A stretch of DNA of 64,000 bases, from the NCBI GenBank assembly GCA_964016885.1, contig OZ024740.1, forward strand, positions 44,206,001-44,270,000. The letters run 5' to 3'. The DNA is from Eledone cirrhosa. Lineage: Eukaryota. The notes below the pieces were generated by a model. That model made no database searches. It saw nothing but the letters and a program-made list of their open reading frames with translations, and was not told where the DNA came from. This document shows, piece after piece, positions 57,989 to 64,000 of the stretch. Numbering within the stretch: the first letter of the stretch is position 1; each line of letters begins with the position of its first letter. The translations under genes were made by a program, and so were the position numbers.

Positions 57989-59419
57989 ATGTATGTATGT
58001 ATATATGTGTGTGTGTGTGTGTGCGTGTGTGTGTATTAAAATATCGGTGGATGTGAAAAAGGAAAGCAGTGCTCAATCAAGTATGATAGGTGATATATTA
58101 TATATGTGTGTTTATAAACGGAACAAAAGCGCTTTTGCTCTATGTATGAACATATATAAATATATATATATATATACACACACATATATATACGTGTGTG
58201 TGTATGTGTGTGTGTACATACAGAGTGTACTAAAAGTTACTAGACAATTTCAAATGATAATGTATATAAAATGGTCCAATGACATGTAGGACAACCTGAA
58301 TATTAGGTCGAACAGAAGGTTCTCACAGTTTTTCAAATATCTATTGATTTTGATGTTTTTTTAATATTAGAAATATTTTACAAGTCAAAATAATCGCCAT
58401 CATTTCCGATTATCGTCTGTCACCACCATATCAAAGTTGTTTATCGTGTAGTGATTCAAGTAAGAAATTAATTGATGTAATATCCAAATATCTTCTCCTT
58501 GTCTACCGAAGAAATACAAGTAAACAAAAAATATCAATTTTGTAGGTCTAACACTACTTAAAGTAGGGGTCGGCAACCCCCGGCCCGCGGGCCACATCCG
58601 GCCCTCGAGTGATTTTTGTCCGGCGCGCCTCTTACACTGGACACTAATTATCTAATTAGTATCGAATACAGATACAGTAGTTCACTTCAAGATTGTGCCG
58701 ACCTGATGCCCATCACAAATCGCTGCTCATACCGTATATATTTACAGATACCTTTGTAACTTTATATCTTCTATTTATTATTTCCTCTTATCCATCTTTT
58801 TCTGGGCTTTCCGCCAAGCATTATATCACCTGTATTATTATTTCCTGTGATTTCATGTATGTGTTATTGTTCCAGTCAACAAACACAAATGTTGGCTGGA
58901 AGTATGCATTTTCGTCAGCGACTGGAAGGTATACTACCTTATGGTTCGCTTGACTCGCTTTTATACCCATATATGTCATTCAATAAAATCACTCGTGAAT
59001 TATTGTCGTCTTCGTTTGCTTGACCTTACCTGTGCCCTCCCGACACAAGGTAAAGCTGTCCTTGGAAATATTACTCACCAGAGTATTTTCAGTTGAGTTT
59101 GTTGTCTGGTGGTATAGCAACTATACAGTAGGTATCTTTATTCGATAATAACGTTTATTTAATTATTTGTAATACATTGTGTGAATTATTATTATTAGAA
59201 TTAGACCAAAAGTGGTTTAAAAAAACAAATGGCAACACTGATCTAACAACGTCGTTAGAAACCTGGTTTTATATAATTTATTCACAATTATCATATGATA
59301 TCGCATTACTGTATTTGCATTTACATTTGTTTTCATTTTCTTATTTCTTCATTCTGATTTTTATACTTTTTGTTCTTTTTCCTTTCCATAAATCTTTTTG
59401 TTTGAACCAAAACAAGCCC

Positions 59420-61352
59420 ATGGAAGCTAAGAAAAGAAAAGTGGATTTGGAGTGCCGAACTTTTAACGATGGCTGGACACTTAGCTATTTTTTCCATGAA
59501 CACTTCGGAAAATGTGTTTGCTTAATTTATCAAAAAACCATTGCCGTGAAGAAAGTTTCAAATATTAAACGGCACTATGAAACTCGTCATAATCATTACA
59601 ACAGTTTTACTGGAAAAGCACGAGTAAACGAAGTTGCACGGCTGAGAAATAATTGTTTCTACTATTAGCACAAGGCCAGCAATTACCCAGTACATTACTG
59701 GTACTTTATTTTATCGACCCCGTAAGGATGAAAGGCAAAGTTAACCTCGGCGGGATTTGAACTCAGGATGGCAAGGGCTGTAACTCTATACGTCAAAGCA
59801 TGGCTCCGAGCCTCTACCGATACTGCCAATAACAAAGCAATCATCCTTTTTCACTAGAAAAGTTGAAGAAAGTGACGGAAACACTCGTGCTAGTTACGAG
59901 GTGTCAAAACTAATTGCAGAAAGGATGAAACCTTTTACTGATGGAGATTTCTTCAAAGAATTATTGTTGAAGGTAGCAGATGTTGTTTGTCCAGAAAAAA
60001 TGGAATTATTTTCTGCGATCAGCTTATCGACAAGAACAGTAACAAGGCGAATTGAAGAGCTGACAGCAAATGTCAGAAGTGGCTTGGAGGGCATTTTAAA
60101 TAATCTGGATTATTATTCCATTGCTATCGAGGAAACCACAGATATGAAGGATACATGTCAACTTGCAGTGTTTGTGAGGGGTCTAACACCAGCATTTGAT
60201 ATTGTGGAAGAATTTGTACAGTTGATTCCTATGAAGGACACTAGCTCTGGAGCAGATATTTTGGAAAGCATAATAAAAAGGATTACCGAATTGAATCTGG
60301 ATTTATCAAAGCTTTCTGGAGTAATCACAGATGGAGCACCAACAATGGTTGGAGAGAAAAAGGGGTTTGTTGCGTTGCTCCAAAACCACATCGGTATTGA
60401 TCAAAAACTAATCAAACTTCATTGCATTATTCATCAAGAAGCATTATGTGCAAAGTCACTGAATTTTAAGGACATCATGGCAGTGGCCGTGAAAACAGTG
60501 AATTTTATACTGTCAAGAGGGCTAAATCACTGCCAGTTTCAAGAATTTCTAAAACAAATTGAAGCAGAGTATGGCGACCTTACATATTTTTCAAATGTTC
60601 GATGGCTTAGCCGCGGGAAAATGATAGAAGAGATTTCTATGTTTTTAGAGAGCAAAGACCAAGATAACTCTTACTTTCAGGATCCACAGTGGGTTGTCAA
60701 GTTAGCTTTTTTAGTGGACATCACGACCCACATGAACACTTTGAATCTTGAGCTTCAAGGAAAGAACAAGGTTATATTTGAGATGTTTGGTCAAATTACT
60801 GCTGTTGAGAGAAAACTTCGACTGTGGGAATCACAACTTCAAAAAGGAAACTACTCTCATTTCCCAAGTCTCCAAAATCACAACAGAGATATAATACCAG
60901 ACATCTTTGTGAGCTCTATTAAGGATTTGAGAAGCGAGTTTTCCTCTCGTTTTGCTGACTTCCGGCAATATGGAACTCTATTTAAGTTATTTGGTATTCC
61001 TTACGAAACATATGTGGAGCAAGTGGCAAAAGAATATCAGTTGGAGTTAATTGACTTACAGTGCGACGAATCTTTGAAATCGAAATTTCAGTTCGAATCC
61101 ACTGCTGACTTCTACAAGAAATATATATTGCCAAGCGGAAAATATAAAAACATCTTGACTAATCCGAAACTGATGATATCATTAGTTGGAAGTACATATG
61201 TTTGTGAACAACTTTTTTCCAAAATGAAATATACTAAAAGTCATTTAAGAGCAAGATTGCGTGACGCCCACCTGGATGATGTTTTGCTCCTGTCATCGAC
61301 AAATATTTCACCTGATGTGGAGAAGTTATCGCAGAAACAAGTGTCTCGTTAA
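59420..61352 (+). pseudogene. hAT transposase (GTF2IRD2/SPIN/EPM2AIP1-like), disrupted by a SINE
   Basis: MEAKKRKVDLECRTF, BED-finger-like region, TDGAP.MVG, HCIIHQEALCAK, VRWLSRG and STYVCEQLFSKMK motifs. A SINE is inserted at ~59650-59829. Confidence 0.9.
59650..59829 (-). mobile_element. SINE inserted in the hAT transposase
   Basis: Consensus match with short AATAA direct repeats at the flanks. Confidence 0.88.
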
Positions 61353-62277
61353 ATCATTTACCATTTCTAACTGTATTTCGTTTATAGCAAGGAATTTGCT
61401 TTTTTTTTTGTCGATTGTGATAGTAAGTGTTTTTCTGTTATTCCTGCAGTAAAATAAGGAATTTGCTTTTTTTTTGTTGAATGTGTTTGTAGTTTTTTTT
61501 TTTTCTTTTTTTGTTTTGTTATTCCTGCAATAAAAAAAGGAGCCTTGTTAAAATAAAATGTTATTAAATTCCTTGTTTTGCTTTAAACCTCCAGAAAATT
61601 TATTTACATATTTAATAACATGGTCCTCCTCCATGACACTGTATAGCTGCTTGGCCCTCCCTCTCCAAAAGGTTGCCGACACCTGACTTACAGTAATGAA
61701 CTACTTTATGTACAGTTAGCGCTAAGTGATATTGACAATATAACGGTAGTAGACAAGAAATTGTCTACTTCTCCACAGGTTATCCACCATATTGCTTGGG
61801 TCATTGACACCCCCCTCGGTTATTATATATTTTCATATAATCGTTATACTCAGGAATATTTACTTCACAAACTCTTCAATTTCTTCTATGAATCTGGAAC
61901 TTTGTACCTAAGTAAAAAATCAGTAATACATATTTGAGAGACTCTATCGATCTATACTCAAGTCTCTAACATATAATTGATTTTTCCGTAAATACATTGA
62001 AAGTCCTCATAATAAATTAAATCCTCTTAAATGATATGTGTGTGCTATTGTTGGTATAAAAGATGGTTTTGTCTTTGCTATTTATAAAATTAAAGGTTGA
62101 ATATACTCGAGAAATTCTATTTCGGCGTTCTACATCTAAACTAACTAACTATATATATCAAAGAGTTTATGAAATGATTAAACTACTATTGCGAAGTAAT
62201 GCATTTCTATCTAGTTTCCTGTGTTCTTTCAAGGCTGATTAGCCATTCCATCATATTGTATTCTCTTTCTTTTGTAG

Positions 62278-62407
62278 ACAGGAATTAGTCATGCTTGTTC
62301 AAGTGGTTTCTATACAATTGTCGAAATGTTAGCAGAAATACCAGAAGTTGAAGTAAACATTCCAGACAAAGAAGGGAATACGCCGCTCATTTTTGCTGCT
62401 CAGGCTG
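62278..62407 (+). CDS. ANKRD33B: ANKRD33B-like exon (130 nt), ankyrin repeats
   Basis: Polypyrimidine tract plus tttgtAG, then TGISHACSSGFYTIVEMLAEIPEVEVNIPDKEGNTPLIFAAQAG, donor GT at 62408 (phase 1). The D.EGNT.LI.AAQAG motif is typical of the ANKRD33 family. Not in the supplied ORF track. Confidence 0.85.
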
Positions 62408-62593
62408 GTACATATCTATATTTATTTCTTCAGATTGTGAACGAGTCGAGCCTAGTCGTAAGGAGGCTGGGCTCATAATCATAAAATCGTGGGTTCGATT
62501 CTAGACCGTGTGTCACATTGTCTTTGTAAGCAAAAGCCTTTTTTTATGCTACGTCTTTCTGTCATGAGTTACGACTGGCTGATATTATTAGCA

Positions 62594-62778
62594 CGGTGGA
62601 TTAGCAGTATCGGTAGAGGGTCGGACGCCATGCTTTCCAGCATAGTTACGTCCCTTTACGATCTGAGTTCAAATCCCGCCGAGGTTGACTTTGCCTTTCA
62701 TCCTTGCGTGGTCGATAAAATAAAGTACCAGTAATGTACTGGGTAATTGCTGGCTTTGTGCCTAAAGTAGAAACAATT
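62594..62778 (+). mobile_element. Intronic tRNA-derived SINE
   Basis: Consensus match, TSD ATTATTAGCA. Confidence 0.9.
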
Positions 62779-63194
62779 ATTAGCAATGGAAATACCAATG
62801 GAAATATTGTTTCCTTGATCCGACCTCACGATCGGATCCTTTTCTTTTTATTCAGATTGAAATGTTAAAATCAGATTTACTCTTCACTGCATTCCTCCCA
62901 TTCAATATTTAATAAAATTTAATCTTGTTGTATCGTCTGTTTTTCTCGTTGTGCTCCTGATATTTCAGTTCATATTATTCCAGTTCATTCAGCTGGAAAA
63001 ATTAGTTGTACTTATAATTCAGTCAAGTCACACACTGTGTCATGCTGAATCTCCTAGGGGACTACGCACACACACACACACACGCGCGCCTTTTGTTAGT
63101 GATAAGTAACAATGTTTTTTTCGACATTATATTGAGAAACTGGTCGTGACAGAAATTAATTTCAGTTTTTCCTCTTTCTTTTCCTATTTGACAG

Positions 63195-63335
63195 GCCAGG
63201 AAGAATGTGTACGTATTCTCCTACACGAGTACAAGAAGATACGTGTCGACCATGTTAATAAAGCTGGATTTTCTGCCTTAATGAAAGCAGCAATTCAAGG
63301 ACGAACGAAATGTGCAAAATTACTTTTATTTGCTG
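63195..63335 (+). CDS. ANKRD33B: ANKRD33B-like exon (141 nt), ankyrin repeats
   Basis: ttgacAG acceptor, phase compatible with the previous exon. GQEECVRILLHEYKKIRVDHVNKAGFSALMKAAIQGRTKCAKLLLFAG, donor GTAAG at 63336. GF.ALMKAA.QGRT.C...L..AG is characteristic of ANKRD33/33B. Confidence 0.88.
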
Positions 63336-63618
63336 GTAAGATAATTTAGTGGCAATATCTACAAATTTTTTTTTTTTTTTCTATCATCGATGATCCCTTG
63401 ATGGCGTAATGTATAAGAAGTTGGGAGCTTTTAGAATAAGTAAATTTCACGATTTCCTTCTGATATATCTATTAGAAGTGGATGTAGCGTGGCTTAGTGG
63501 TTAATTGGTTCGCTTGGAAATCATAAGAGGCCATAATAATTTGTGGGTTCTTTACATTGTTATATATAGCCAAAAGATTCCAATAACTTCGCGGCGATAA
63601 ATGATAATCATCCTAAGA

Positions 63619-64000
63619 GTGGTGGATTGACAGCACCGTTAGAATTCCGGACTAGATGCTTTGCAGCATTTCATTACGGCTCTTTGCCTTCTGAGTTCAA
63701 ATTATGACGTAGTCAACTTTTTTATTCATCTTTTCGTGGCCGATAAAACAAAACCATAAAGCACCAGTCAAGTACTGGGGCCGATATTATTGGCTTAGCC
63801 ATCCCCTCGAATTGCTGGCCCTATGCCAGAATTAGACAGCATTATGAGGAATCTAATGGTGGATTGGCAGTATCGGTAGAGGGTCGGACGCCATGCTTTG
63901 ACGCATAGAGTTACGGCCCTTGCCATTCTGAGTTCAAATCCCGCCGAGGTTAACTTTGCCATTCATCCTTACGGGGTCGATAAAATAAAGTACCAGTAAT
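63619..64000 (+). mobile_element. Two tandem SINEs (old copy 63619-63835, young copy from 63858 running off the window)
   Basis: Both have an A/B box head and the central block. Confidence 0.82.

Larger units (their letters stand above)
58564..61685 (+). mobile_element. Full-length hAT DNA transposon (Buster/Charlie/SPIN group) in an intron of the ankyrin gene
   Basis: TIRs TAGGGGTCGGCAACC (58564) and GGTTGCCGACACCTG (61671-61685). 8-bp TSD ACTTAAAG/ACTTACAG with central TA. Subterminal CGGCCC motifs and a transposase ORF. Confidence 0.92.

Noticed and set aside
59901-61352. Domesticated GTF2IRD2-like host gene
   Set aside because: It retains TIRs and a TSD, is split by a SINE and appears to have a degenerate first catalytic residue. 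It is best read as a dead transposon.

Overview
Eukaryotic, AT-rich and extremely microsatellite-rich animal DNA. The SINE families and (TA)n load suggest a mollusc, probably an octopus (inference). Most of the first ~56 kb is nested transposon debris. The dominant signal is about 20 sequence families of Penelope-like element (PLE) termini and non-autonomous tandem units inserted into (TA)n tracts. Most carry a recognisable type I hammerhead ribozyme (HHR), and many share one architecture: an inverted 5' arm, an HHR, a short TA, then a 35-110 nt extension. They include RT/GIY-YIG-coding PLEs of two types, retrozyme-like tandem monomers of about 316, 423, 546 and 559 nt, and two families with a U3-A8 variant catalytic core. 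Also present are R4/Dong-like RLE LINEs nested in (TAA)n, a Tx1-like LINE next to (TC)n, RTE and CR1 fragments, many tRNA-derived SINEs, a mariner deletion derivative and a full-length hAT (Buster/SPIN-like) element. The only host gene recognised is three coding exons of an ANKRD33/ANKRD33B-like ankyrin-repeat gene (+ strand, 57.6-63.3 kb), which continues beyond the window. All calls come from reading the sequence by eye. No database search or folding program was run, and repeat boundaries are approximate.
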